From an uncultured delta proteobacterium (GTDB lineage: Bacteria; Myxococcota_A; Polyangia; Fen-1088), in contig CAVWIP010000012.1 in assembly GCA_963755125.1 (NCBI GenBank), positions 96,001-160,000 of the forward strand: a DNA stretch of 64,000 nt, written 5' to 3'. Under the pieces are notes generated by a model. It searched no databases, was not told where the DNA came from, and worked only from the letters and a program-made list of their open reading frames with translations. Positions 39,394 through 48,346 of this stretch are shown piece after piece. Both the position numbers and the translations under genes were made by a program. Numbering within the stretch: the first letter of the stretch is position 1; every line of letters begins with the position of its first letter.

Positions 39394-40154
39394 TCGACGT
39401 CCTCCTCAGCGCATTCCTTCTCTCGGTCGTGCTCCTGGGCATCCATTCGTACTATGGGCTGCACATCATCGAGCGCGGCATCATCTTCACCGATCTGGGA
39501 ATTGGACAGATGGCGGCTTTCGGCGCGGCGATAGCCATCCTGGCTTTTGACGGCAAGCACATGTACCCAGTGTCACTGGCCTTCTCGCTTGCGGGAGCCT
39601 TCCTCATCGCACTGTCGACCAAGCGAACGCGCAACCACGAGGCTTTCATCGGGCTGCTCTATGCATTCGGGATGAGCGCCGCGGTCATTGCCCTGTCGCG
39701 GGCGCCGCGCGGAGCCGAGGAGATGCAGCACCTGGTAGCCGCCGACATCCTCTTCGTGCCCATGAGCGCGGTGCTCAAGACCGCGGGCCTCTATCTGGCC
39801 ATCGGGGCGGTGCTCTGGCTCACCATGGGGCGCCTGCGGGGCACGTTGAAAGAGATGGTGTTCTTCGGCACGTTCTCGCTCACTGTCACCAGTTCGGTCA
39901 ACCTCGCGGGAGTTCTCGTGGTGTTCGCCATCCTGGTGGCCCCTGCCTTCATGGTATCCAGCATGAAAGGCTCGTTCAGGGTGAAACTGCTGCTGGCGTG
40001 GGGGCTCGGCACAGTGCTCAATCTCATCGCCATCACCGCCTCGTATTTTCTCGACCTTCCCACTGGGCACACCGTCGTCGCACTCTACGCGCTCAGTGGG
40101 ATCGTCTTCACCCTGGTGCGCGGGTCAGTGAAGTTGAGCCCAGGTAGTGCCTGA
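39390..40154 (+). CDS. metal ABC permease (ZnuB/ABC-3-like)
   Basis: HSYYGLHIIERGIIFTDLG, EAFIGLLY, GVLVVFAILVAPA; ATGA overlap. Confidence 0.85.
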   Translation: MIDVLLSAFLLSVVLLGIHSYYGLHIIERGIIFTDLGIGQMAAFGAAIAILAFDGKHMYPVSLAFSLAGAFLIALSTKRTRNHEAFIGLLYAFGMSAAVIALSRAPRGAEEMQHLVAADILFVPMSAVLKTAGLYLAIGAVLWLTMGRLRGTLKEMVFFGTFSLTVTSSVNLAGVLVVFAILVAPAFMVSSMKGSFRVKLLLAWGLGTVLNLIAITASYFLDLPTGHTVVALYALSGIVFTLVRGSVKLSPGSA

Positions 40155-40341
40155 GGTCGCTGCAACTGCGCAAGAGTTGCGCGAACGGGCCGACGTGCCG
40201 GTCCGTGATCGGCATTCTGTTGCGGGCGCTGTAACGGGCTTGCCTGGCAACGCATCAACCTCCACACGGTTGTGAGTTGCGTGGCCCGCCTTCTGGGCAG
40301 GCAGCAGCCCACGAGGCAACCCAAGAACGGAGGGAGGATCG

Positions 40342-40809
40342 ATGAAACCAACACTTATTGCCGCTCTACTTCTGTCTCTGGTGACGTTCGCCCCTGCGCA
40401 CGCCGCCGATCAGCCGGCCATGGCCATGGCCGGGGCCCCGCCCACTTGCGGCCAGATGTTGTCGAGCATGGCCGTGATTCCCGAAAAGCTCGCCACCGGG
40501 GCCATGTCGGTGGCCGACATGTGGGAGGCCCACGCGAAGTTCATGTCTTCCAACAAGGACAAGGCCTCGCAGGCCGAGGCCAAGGGTCTGCGTGAACTGG
40601 CCAAAGAACACAAGCAAATAGCGGCCAGCCTGGAGAAGGCAGCCGCCAACATGAAGAAGGCCGCGTCCTGGCCGGCGGCGCCGCACGACATGGCCAAGAT
40701 GAAGGCTGACCCCGAATTGATGGCGGCTCAGAAGAAGCTGCTCGATGCTTCCAAGGAGATCATCGCCGAGTTCCAGAAGATGGTTGCCAATATGGAGAAG
40801 ATGAAGTAG
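40342..40809 (+). CDS. secreted Met-rich helical protein
   Basis: Signal peptide ending AHA, GGAGG RBS, 15 Met in 155 aa. Confidence 0.75.
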   Translation: MKPTLIAALLLSLVTFAPAHAADQPAMAMAGAPPTCGQMLSSMAVIPEKLATGAMSVADMWEAHAKFMSSNKDKASQAEAKGLRELAKEHKQIAASLEKAAANMKKAASWPAAPHDMAKMKADPELMAAQKKLLDASKEIIAEFQKMVANMEKMK

Positions 40810-40829
40810 CGCCGTCTCTCGAATTGGTC

Positions 40830-40886
40830 CCTTCTGTGCCCTCTGTGGTGGAGGAAGGGGGGATCCCGCCACAGAGGCACGGAAGG
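40830..40886. terminator. long inverted repeat between convergent genes
   Basis: CCTTCTGTGCCCTCTGTGGTGG pairs with CCGCCACAGAGGCACGGAAGG (G-U pairs, one bulge); no U-tract. Confidence 0.55.
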
Positions 40887-40897
40887 TGTGCAGGGGG

Positions 40898-41344
40898 CTA
40901 CTCTTCGAGCCGCTTCACTTCGTGCGGGCGCAGGCTCTTGACGATCAGACCCAGGCCAGCAGCGATGAGGCCGAACATGACAAGGGCGTCAAACAGGGTG
41001 GTGGTCCTGAAGTAGATGTGCATGTTCATCAAGATGCCGGCGGCGATGAACAGCAGGCCGCCTACGGTCAAGACCCAGCCCAGCACGGATTTGCCGTTGA
41101 CGAAAAGCGTGCCGATGCCGAAGAGCAGCGGAACCAGGGTCAGCCCAAAGCTGTTCCCGAATACGCCGAAGCCGCCCGGATAGCCGAATGCGGTCTGCAC
41201 GTACACGTGGTTGAACAACAGGTAGAAGCCGACCGCGGCCACCCCAAGCCCGATGAAGAATTCTGCGAGGCCACCGGGCGTTCCACCCGCGCCTTGGAAT
41301 TTCCTCTGCGGCTGGCCGCCCGCGCTCGCTCCGGTTTGGCTCAT
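40898..41344 (-). CDS. small multi-TM hypothetical membrane protein
   Basis: GAGGTPGG start followed by about 4 hydrophobic helices. Confidence 0.8.
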   Translation of the reverse strand: MSQTGASAGGQPQRKFQGAGGTPGGLAEFFIGLGVAAVGFYLLFNHVYVQTAFGYPGGFGVFGNSFGLTLVPLLFGIGTLFVNGKSVLGWVLTVGGLLFIAAGILMNMHIYFRTTTLFDALVMFGLIAAGLGLIVKSLRPHEVKRLEE

Positions 41345-41378
41345 AGCGACGATTATGCTACCGGGAAGGCGGCCGTGG

Positions 41379-42731
41379 CTAGTCTCGTCGCGCGCCTGCG
41401 TCCTTGCGCGCAGCCAGGTGCGCGCGCCAACGGGCGCGCCGCTCGTGCTTGAGGCGCAGCTTCTTCGACTGCATGGCCAGTTCGTGCGCCACCGTGTCCT
41501 GCGGCGGAATCACCAGCTCGGGCCCGAGAATGGGAGCGGGATCGATGGCATCGCCCTTGACGTGAATCTCCAGGTGAAGGTGACTGCCCGAGGACTTGAC
41601 TCCCGAGCGGCCGACCGCGCCCAAGCAGTCGCCCGCCTTCACCCGGTCGTTGATGTGAACCCGGTAGGACGACAGGTGCATGTAGCAGGAAAAGATCCCC
41701 TCGCCATGGCGGACGCACACGAACAGGCCACCCGGTCCCAGCGGGGGACGCGGGGTCTGCGCCAGATCCTCGGGCGGCACGGGCTGCGGCCGCACCCGCC
41801 CGGGCAAATCGAAACCGGCGAACCAAACCACCCCGTCGGCCAGGCTGCCCACCGGCTCGCCGGTGGTGGCGTCGATGTCCAGGCCACGGTGGGCGCGCGC
41901 CCCGTCGTCGCGATCCTCACCGGGGCCGCTGGGCGCCACGCGCGGCGTGCCCCCCAAGGGCGACACCACGGCGATTCCCAGCGGCGTCGGATGCGGCGCC
42001 GGGCGTGTGTCCAGGTAGCGCTCGATCAGCCGTCGCCGGGCGACTAGCGCCCGATCTTCGCCGCCCGTGCCGCGCACGACATCGCCCCAGCCGAAGTGGG
42101 CCACCGCGCTCCGGTGCGGCACCGATCCCGGGAAAGCCTGGTCGATGGCCGGGTGTTGATCCTGCCACATGCCCAGAAGAGCCGCCCCCACCCGCAGGTG
42201 ATGACCCGGCTCTTTGAGCAGCATGGGATTGAGCCCGCCGCGTGGCAATGGCCGCGTCTTCTCCGCCCAGGCGTCGCCCTCTCGCACTCGATAAACCAAT
42301 GTCGAGCCGCGCACATTGGCCGCGTACATGCTCGGCTGGAGCTGCAACAACCCGACGCCGAACGCAGTCTGCAGCAGAGGGTTGCAGCGACTGGCCCGAT
42401 ACACCAGCGCACCGAGCAGAAACGGGTCCACGTCCGCCTCGACCGCGGCCTCGCGCACCTCGTCGGCAATGTGGCCGATGGCGCGCGCCGTGGCCATGCC
42501 CTCGCACATGGCAAGCAGGGCCGCCCGGAAGCGAGCCCCATCAGGTGGGCCGGACGGCGACGCGGGCTCGGCGGGCCAGCGCCGGATGTCCTTCAATTCG
42601 TGTACGCCGGGCCGCAAGCCGTCCTCGCTGCGACGCCGGCGTGCAGGCCAAGGCGTTCCGGCCGCCAAAGCCAGCACCTCAGTCGCAAGCAAGGCGACTG
42701 AGGTGAAAGCCGAAAGCCGGAGCAGGACCAC
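41379..42731 (-). CDS. M23 metallopeptidase fused to an SLT/lysozyme-like domain
   Basis: HRGLD, YMHL, HLHLE; N-half VDPFLLGALVYRAS...GVGLLQL; start uncertain. Confidence 0.8.
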   Translation of the reverse strand: MVLLRLSAFTSVALLATEVLALAAGTPWPARRRRSEDGLRPGVHELKDIRRWPAEPASPSGPPDGARFRAALLAMCEGMATARAIGHIADEVREAAVEADVDPFLLGALVYRASRCNPLLQTAFGVGLLQLQPSMYAANVRGSTLVYRVREGDAWAEKTRPLPRGGLNPMLLKEPGHHLRVGAALLGMWQDQHPAIDQAFPGSVPHRSAVAHFGWGDVVRGTGGEDRALVARRRLIERYLDTRPAPHPTPLGIAVVSPLGGTPRVAPSGPGEDRDDGARAHRGLDIDATTGEPVGSLADGVVWFAGFDLPGRVRPQPVPPEDLAQTPRPPLGPGGLFVCVRHGEGIFSCYMHLSSYRVHINDRVKAGDCLGAVGRSGVKSSGSHLHLEIHVKGDAIDPAPILGPELVIPPQDTVAHELAMQSKKLRLKHERRARWRAHLAARKDAGARRD

Positions 42732-42873
42732 GGATCGAACATTATAGGGGTCCGATCGCCGCTGTTGAAGCCAAGTCGACCTCCGGTTAGGCTCGTCTCT
42801 GCGTGTGGCGGTGGCGCGCCCGGACGCGAGGCCGATACTAGCCTAGGCAGAAACCCTGAACCTCGGAGGATCC

Positions 42874-45129
42874 ATGCGCAGAATGGCTCGCTTCCTGGTG
42901 GTTTTGCTGGCCGGCGTGGCGCTGCTGGCCTACCTCGGCTCGACCGCCGTCCAGAAGACTACGCGCCGCTGGTCCGAGGCTGACATCGCCCAGCGCACAG
43001 CCGCGCTTGCCGAGAAGAACCAGCCGGTGTTGCTGGCGCGCTGGACTGCGGGCGCGCACGAGGCGCTGGAAGCCATGCTGAACAATCTGGCCCGCGACGA
43101 GCGCATCACGGCAGTTGGCGCCTGCGACCAGAACAACCAACTTTTGGCCAGCACGCCCGCGTTTCCCCGTGAGCTTGCTTGCGCCGAGGTGAGACAGCGC
43201 ATGGCCGGCGAGCGCGAGGGCCAGCCCGCGGGGCCCGGGCTGGTCTGGGGCACCAACTGGTCCTTGCCCGGCGGCAACGTTTACCTCAGCGCCGTGCCGG
43301 TCGTGCGCGACGGCACCTCGCTTGGCCTGTTGCTGCTGGTGCACGATCTTTCCTTCGTCGAGCGACGAGACTCGCGCCTGCGCCAGCTTTTGCTCATGGT
43401 GTTCGCCGGCCTCGCCCTTTGCGCGGCGGCGATCACCGCGATCGCCGCGCGGCTTTCGTGGCGTGGCTTCCGCAAGGAACTGCGCCGCTTCATCCTGGGT
43501 GAATCGCGCCGCAAGGAATTTCTGCCCATCGTGGCCGACGTGCGGGAGCTGGTCGAACGCATCGCCGCCGAGCGCGAGATGGACGGGCCGTCCACCGCGT
43601 GGAACCCGCAACACCTCAAGCAGGCCTTGGTGCGCCACTTCCCCGGCGAAAGAGTGATCGTTCTGGCCAACCGCGAGCCCTACATCCACGAACGCGGCAG
43701 CGACGGCGCGATCCAGGTTCGCCATCCCGCCAGCGGCCTGGTCGCCGCGGTCGAGCCCGCCTTGCGCGCCTGCTCGGGCGTGTGGATCGCCCACGGCAGC
43801 GGCTCCGCCGATCGTGCGGTGGTGGACAGCAAGGACCACGTGCGCGTGCCGCCCGGCGAGGAATCGTATGTCCTGCGCCGGGTGTGGCTGTCCGAGCAGG
43901 AAGAGCGCGGCTACTACTACGGCCTGGCCAACGAGGGCCTGTGGCCGCTCTGCCACCTGGCCCACGCGCGGCCCATCTTCCGCAGCACCGACTGGGCCAG
44001 CTACGAAGCCGTCAATCGCCGTTTCGCCGACGCCGTGTGCGACGAGGCCGAGGGCGAGGATCCCGTGGTGCTGGTGCAGGACTATCACTTCGCCCTGGTG
44101 CCGCGCCTGGTGCGCGAGCGACGGCCGCGCGCCACCATCATCACCTTCTGGCACATCCCGTGGCCCAACGGCGAGCACTTCGGCATCTGCCCCTGGCGCG
44201 CCCAGATCCTGCAGGGAATGCTCGGCAGCAGCATCATGGGCTTCCACACGCGCCAGCACTGCAACAACTTCCTCGACTCGGTGGATCGCTATCTGGAGGC
44301 GCGCATCGACCGGGAACAGAACGCGGTGGTGCAGCACGGACGCGCGACCCTGGTGCGGCCCTACCCCATTTCCATCGAGTGGCCGAGTCGTTGGGTCGCC
44401 AGCGCGCCGCCGGTGGCCGAGTGTCGCAGCAGCGTGCGCAAGGAGCTGGGGCTGCGGGAGGATGCCCTGCTCGGCCTGGGGGTGGATCGGCTCGACTACA
44501 CCAAGGGCATCGAGGAACGTCTGCTGGCCGTCGAGCGTTTCCTGGAGCGCTTCCCCAGCTACGCCGGTCGCTTCAGCTTCGTACAGATGGCGGCGCCCAG
44601 CCGGACCCTGATCGAGCGCTACCGTCAACTCGATGAGACGGTGGAGCGAACCGCGGCGCGCATCAACCAGCGCTTCGGCGAGGGCGCCTATCAGCCCATC
44701 ATTCTTCTGCGTGCCCACCACGAGCCACCCCAGGTCTTTCGTTACTATCGCGCCGCTGACCTGTGCTACGTCAGCAGCTTGCACGACGGCATGAACCTGG
44801 TGGCCAAGGAATTCGCGGCGGCGCGCGACGACGAACACGGCGTGCTGCTGTTGAGCCAGTTCACCGGCGCCGCGCGCGAGATGTCCGAAGCGCTGGTGGT
44901 CAACCCCTACGACTTGGAAGAAGCCAGCGCCGCCATGGCGCGAGCCCTGGCCATGCCCCCTGAAGAGCAGCGCGAGCGCATGCGCGCCATGCGCGCCTTT
45001 CTGGCCGAGTTCAACGTCTACCGCTGGGCCGGCCGCATGCTGATGGACGCGGCCCGTTTGCGCCGCAAGGGAAGCATCTTGAGCCGCAGCGGCGACGAGG
45101 GTTCGAGAATGCCCGGCCTGATGAAATGA
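42874..45129 (+). CDS. otsA: trehalose-6-phosphate synthase (GT20) with N-terminal membrane/extracytoplasmic module
   Basis: [46 protein letters not shown]. Confidence 0.93.
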   Translation: MRRMARFLVVLLAGVALLAYLGSTAVQKTTRRWSEADIAQRTAALAEKNQPVLLARWTAGAHEALEAMLNNLARDERITAVGACDQNNQLLASTPAFPRELACAEVRQRMAGEREGQPAGPGLVWGTNWSLPGGNVYLSAVPVVRDGTSLGLLLLVHDLSFVERRDSRLRQLLLMVFAGLALCAAAITAIAARLSWRGFRKELRRFILGESRRKEFLPIVADVRELVERIAAEREMDGPSTAWNPQHLKQALVRHFPGERVIVLANREPYIHERGSDGAIQVRHPASGLVAAVEPALRACSGVWIAHGSGSADRAVVDSKDHVRVPPGEESYVLRRVWLSEQEERGYYYGLANEGLWPLCHLAHARPIFRSTDWASYEAVNRRFADAVCDEAEGEDPVVLVQDYHFALVPRLVRERRPRATIITFWHIPWPNGEHFGICPWRAQILQGMLGSSIMGFHTRQHCNNFLDSVDRYLEARIDREQNAVVQHGRATLVRPYPISIEWPSRWVASAPPVAECRSSVRKELGLREDALLGLGVDRLDYTKGIEERLLAVERFLERFPSYAGRFSFVQMAAPSRTLIERYRQLDETVERTAARINQRFGEGAYQPIILLRAHHEPPQVFRYYRAADLCYVSSLHDGMNLVAKEFAAARDDEHGVLLLSQFTGAAREMSEALVVNPYDLEEASAAMARALAMPPEEQRERMRAMRAFLAEFNVYRWAGRMLMDAARLRRKGSILSRSGDEGSRMPGLMK

Positions 45130-45878
45130 AGTCACTCCTCGCCCCGCAAAATCGCGCGGTCCTGCGCCGTCTGGCCCGCGGTCGTGTGCTGCTGGCTTTT
45201 GACTTCGACGGCACCCTGGCGCCCATCGTCGCGGATCCGGCGGCCGCGCGCCTGCGGCCGCAAACCCGCCGGTTGTTGACGGACGTGGCTCGCAAATATC
45301 CCTGCATCGTGATCTCCGGTCGCAACCGCTCCGATGTGGTCCGCCGCGTGACTGGAATTCCATTGCGGCAGGTGTTCGGCAACCACGGCATTGAGCCGTC
45401 GCCTGCATTGTCCGCGGGACGAAAGGCGATCCGACGCTGGCTTGCCACTGTGAAGCCACGGCTTGAGGGCGCACCCGGAATCGTCTTTGACAACAAAGGC
45501 GCAACTTTGGCCATTCATTACCGCAAGTCGCGCAATCGGCCGGCGGCACTGAAGGCAATTTTGGCCGCCACTGCCGATCTGACTGAAGCGCGTGTACTGC
45601 GGGGAATTCTCGTTGTGGATTTATTGCCGGCGCGGGCGCCCAATAAGGCCGTTGCCCTGCAATCAGAATTGCGCCGGCTCCACTGTCAGTCGGCTTTGTA
45701 TTTGGGCGACGACCAGACCGACGAGGATGTGTTCGCGCTCAGCCGCCGCCTGCCCTTGCTAGCCGTGCGCGTGGGCCGAAGAACGCGCAGCCTTGCCCCG
45801 TACTATTTGCGCAGTCAAGGCGACGTGGATGCGCTGCTGGCTGCGTTGCTGGATCAGTCCCAGACTGCGCGACCGTAG
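45126..45878 (+). CDS. otsB: trehalose-6-phosphate phosphatase (HAD)
   Basis: FDFDGTL, ISGR, GNHG, GDDQTDED; ATGA overlap with otsA. Confidence 0.93.
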   Translation: MKSLLAPQNRAVLRRLARGRVLLAFDFDGTLAPIVADPAAARLRPQTRRLLTDVARKYPCIVISGRNRSDVVRRVTGIPLRQVFGNHGIEPSPALSAGRKAIRRWLATVKPRLEGAPGIVFDNKGATLAIHYRKSRNRPAALKAILAATADLTEARVLRGILVVDLLPARAPNKAVALQSELRRLHCQSALYLGDDQTDEDVFALSRRLPLLAVRVGRRTRSLAPYYLRSQGDVDALLAALLDQSQTARP

Positions 45879-46240
45879 TTCCGCCGGATCGATCGGTCTT
45901 TGGTCAATAGGGTGGCCCCATACAGTGCCGCGTGCGCCACGATGACCCGGTCGAACGGATCGCGCGTCCAACCCAAGTCCATGGCGGCCGCCGCCACCGC
46001 CGAGAAGTCCCCTTCCGCCTGGACGAGTCCCAGCTTGCGCGCAAGATCCGAGAGGACGACGCCGGCGTTTTCCGAAATGCGGCCGACCTCGTGAAGGTAT
46101 TGCACCTCGAGCGCCACCATGGGCGAAATACGCAACTCCTCCCGGTCCAGTCGGCGCCGGGCGGCCGGCGAGAAACGGCGCAAGTCGCCAGCGTACAGCC
46201 ACACCACGACGTGGGTGTCGAGGTGGATCACGGTCGCCAC
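45854..46240 (-). CDS. vapC: PIN-domain toxin
   Basis: LDTHVVVW, SPMVALE, RDPFDRVIVAHA, LLTKD. Confidence 0.92.
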   Translation of the reverse strand: MATVIHLDTHVVVWLYAGDLRRFSPAARRRLDREELRISPMVALEVQYLHEVGRISENAGVVLSDLARKLGLVQAEGDFSAVAAAAMDLGWTRDPFDRVIVAHAALYGATLLTKDRSIRRNYGRAVWD

Positions 46241-46482
46241 TCATGCGACCAGTCAAGGTGTACCAGTTCCTCTGGATTGCCCTTGATGAAGTCGGGGCGG
46301 GCCACCAGACGATCGAGCCGGCCAGCCGGTTTGCCCGCTACAATGCGCAGCGTTCGACCCCGCCGCTGGACCACCGCCGGAACCCCGGTTTCGAGCACGC
46401 CGTCGAGCACCCGGTATACGTCCGCGCGCAAGCGCGACGCGGTCAGCTTGCCGGCTGGCATCTTTCGCACTGTTGCTTTCAT
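46228..46482 (-). CDS. Phd/YefM-family antitoxin
   Basis: TASRLRADVYRVLDGVLETG; overlaps the toxin start. Confidence 0.85.
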   Translation of the reverse strand: MKATVRKMPAGKLTASRLRADVYRVLDGVLETGVPAVVQRRGRTLRIVAGKPAGRLDRLVARPDFIKGNPEELVHLDWSHEWRP

Positions 46483-46483
46483 G

Positions 46484-46522
46484 CGTACGTATCAGGTTGC
46501 CATGACACGTACGTATGTGCAA
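46484..46522 (-). promoter_or_regulatory. TA promoter with two operator repeats
   Basis: Minus strand TTGCAC-N17-CAACCT; CGTACGTAT at 46484-46492 and 46508-46516, each with a palindromic CGTACG core. Confidence 0.65.
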
Positions 46523-46547
46523 GTCTTGAGGGCCAGTCTGGAGGGCT

Positions 46548-47405
46548 ATGATGGATGAGGTTCATCTGCAGCAGATCTCAGCGCACGTCTATGCGCGCGT
46601 CGGCGTGACGAACGCGTCGCCCCTGACCAACAGCTTCGGCGCGAACACGGGCGTGGTGATCGGCCGTGATGCGGCCCTGGTCGTCGACACATTGATGTCC
46701 GCCACGGAGGGCGGCCAACTGCTGTCCGCCGTTCGCAAGATCACCGACAAGCCGCTTCGCTACGCGGTGAACACGCACCATCACATGGACCACAGTTGGG
46801 GCAACTGCATCTTCGCTGCGGCCGGTGCCACGGTCATCGGACACGAGTACACCCGCCAAGCCCTGTACGAGCCCGCCAATGGCCTGGCCCGGGCGCAACG
46901 CTATCGCATTCCCGCAGAGAGCCTGGCCGGCACTGTCATCGTGCCCCCATCGCTGACTTTTCGTCACGATCTGCGCCTGGATCTCGGCGGCGTCAGCGTC
47001 GAACTGGACTATCCAGGACCGACCCACACCGCCGGCAGCATCACCGCCAAGGTCCGCGAAGACGACGTTGTATTCAGTGGGGACATCTTGTTCACCAACT
47101 ACCACGTGACCATGATCGACGGCGATGTTGCCAACTGGTGCCGGGTGCTGCGCGCTCTGCAGGGTACAGCGCCGCGAGCCATCGTGCCTGGCCACGGCCC
47201 GCTCTCGTCCGTCGCCGATCTGCAGTCGATGGAGGAGTACCTTCGCGTGTTCGACGAGCAGGCCACCCGCCTGTGTGCCGGCAAGACCGCTGCCGACGCC
47301 GACGCCATCGCACAAGAGCTTTCGGCCGTCCTGCCCGGCCCCCAGCGCACCGAGTTGCCGTTCATTGTCGCCGCCAACCTGCGCGTCCGGTACTTGCCCA
47401 AGTAG
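46548..47405 (+). CDS. MBL-fold metallo-hydrolase
   Basis: THHHMDHSWGN (HxHxDH), HT, FSGD, VPGHG. Confidence 0.92.
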   Translation: MMDEVHLQQISAHVYARVGVTNASPLTNSFGANTGVVIGRDAALVVDTLMSATEGGQLLSAVRKITDKPLRYAVNTHHHMDHSWGNCIFAAAGATVIGHEYTRQALYEPANGLARAQRYRIPAESLAGTVIVPPSLTFRHDLRLDLGGVSVELDYPGPTHTAGSITAKVREDDVVFSGDILFTNYHVTMIDGDVANWCRVLRALQGTAPRAIVPGHGPLSSVADLQSMEEYLRVFDEQATRLCAGKTAADADAIAQELSAVLPGPQRTELPFIVAANLRVRYLPK

Positions 47406-47406
47406 G

Positions 47407-47488
47407 ACGATCAAGCCTCGGATGCGTCCCGTGGTGGAGCGCGAGGCGATCGATGTCGCCTAGCACCCGCGATTGGCGGCTTTATGCG
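47407..47488 (+). pseudogene. remnant of an MNT-HEPN (DUF86) toxin-antitoxin gene junction
   Basis: TIKPRMRPVVEREAIDVA* (stop 47463) overlapping MSPSTRDWRLYA (ATG 47453); the rest of both genes is missing. Confidence 0.6.
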
Positions 47489-47652
47489 ATCGAGAGGGCG
47501 GTTCGCGGCCTGCTCGCGTAGCCGTCCACCCGCCCTTACCGGCGCGCACGGTTCAGGGGGACTCTCATGCCCGCTGCCACGATGCCAGCCTTGCTTCGTC
47601 GGCCTTTCCGCGCTACCCCCAATTTGCACTCACTTCTTCGGGAGCATGACAC

Positions 47653-47997
47653 ATGCGGCTAGAAGCGACTCTTCCAGATTCTCGGGGCGACGCCCTGGTC
47701 AAGCTCGCGGACGAATTGGGCCTGACCCGAAGCCAGGTCGTGGATGAGGCTGTGGGCCTCTTCCTGAAAGCCGTCCTGGAGATCCGGCGAGGCAGGCGGC
47801 TGGTAACAGTGGACGCGGTGACGCCGGGACCCCTGTGCGAGATGGCGACGCCGACGTTGGCCACGCTCGAATGGACGACGAATGCAGAGCCGATCAGGCT
47901 ATCGGCGTCAGCCGTGGTCAAGATGCAGCGGCTCGTGGCGGCTCCGCGCAAGCCAGGTGCCCGGTTGCGTTCCGCAGCTCGACGCCACGCCAAATGA
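47653..47997 (+). CDS. RHH antitoxin (DUF1778/TacA-like)
   Basis: RHH-like N-terminus; C-terminal IRLSASAVVKMQRLVAAPRKPGARLRSA. Confidence 0.75.
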   Translation: MRLEATLPDSRGDALVKLADELGLTRSQVVDEAVGLFLKAVLEIRRGRRLVTVDAVTPGPLCEMATPTLATLEWTTNAEPIRLSASAVVKMQRLVAAPRKPGARLRSAARRHAK

Positions 47998-48101
47998 ACA
48001 CGCCCGAGACCACGCCGTACCAGGTGACACGTCTTGACCCAGCCGATATCGCGGCTGGCTTTCGCTGCGGCAAGCATCCGCTCGACGACTTCTTCGCTCG
48101 T
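47994..48101 (+). pseudogene. truncated GNAT toxin (TacT/AtaT-like), first 36 codons only
   Basis: ATGA overlap; FRCGKHPLDDFFAR resembles the FxCG...LD start of GNAT toxins; similarity ends exactly where the duplicated segment begins. Confidence 0.75.
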
Positions 48102-48236
48102 TTCCAGAAACCATCCCCGTCATCCTGGAATCGATCGTCAGTGCCGAGTTCATCGACGACGAGATCGAAGCCGCGCACGAGGCCCTGGCGATAGGCGGTC
48201 CGCGGTCGCGGGTGCGAAGGCGACGGTCAGGCGCGA
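48102..48236 (+). repeat. 135-bp direct repeat, copy of 48942-49076 (3' end of the TIM-barrel gene)
   Basis: Ungapped alignment at offset 840 with 8 mismatches by manual count. Confidence 0.95.
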
Positions 48237-48346
48237 CCATCTAGATCGGTGTGACATCCGGCCTGACATGCTTCTTGTGACAATGGCTTTTTCTTCGATG
48301 GCGACGCCGACCTTGCTAAGCTGACCAGACACGACGGGGTTTTTTG

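Noticed and set aside
42838..45558. 906-aa antisense ORF (and similar long ORFs at 1266-2951, 11829-13211, 60385-62325)
   Set aside because: Shadow frames of well-supported genes in high-GC DNA; no recognisable motifs.
47841..48311. 15-bp repeat GATGGCGACGCCGAC at about 47841 and 48297
   Set aside because: Short, GC-rich, read in different frames and not at a breakpoint; likely chance.
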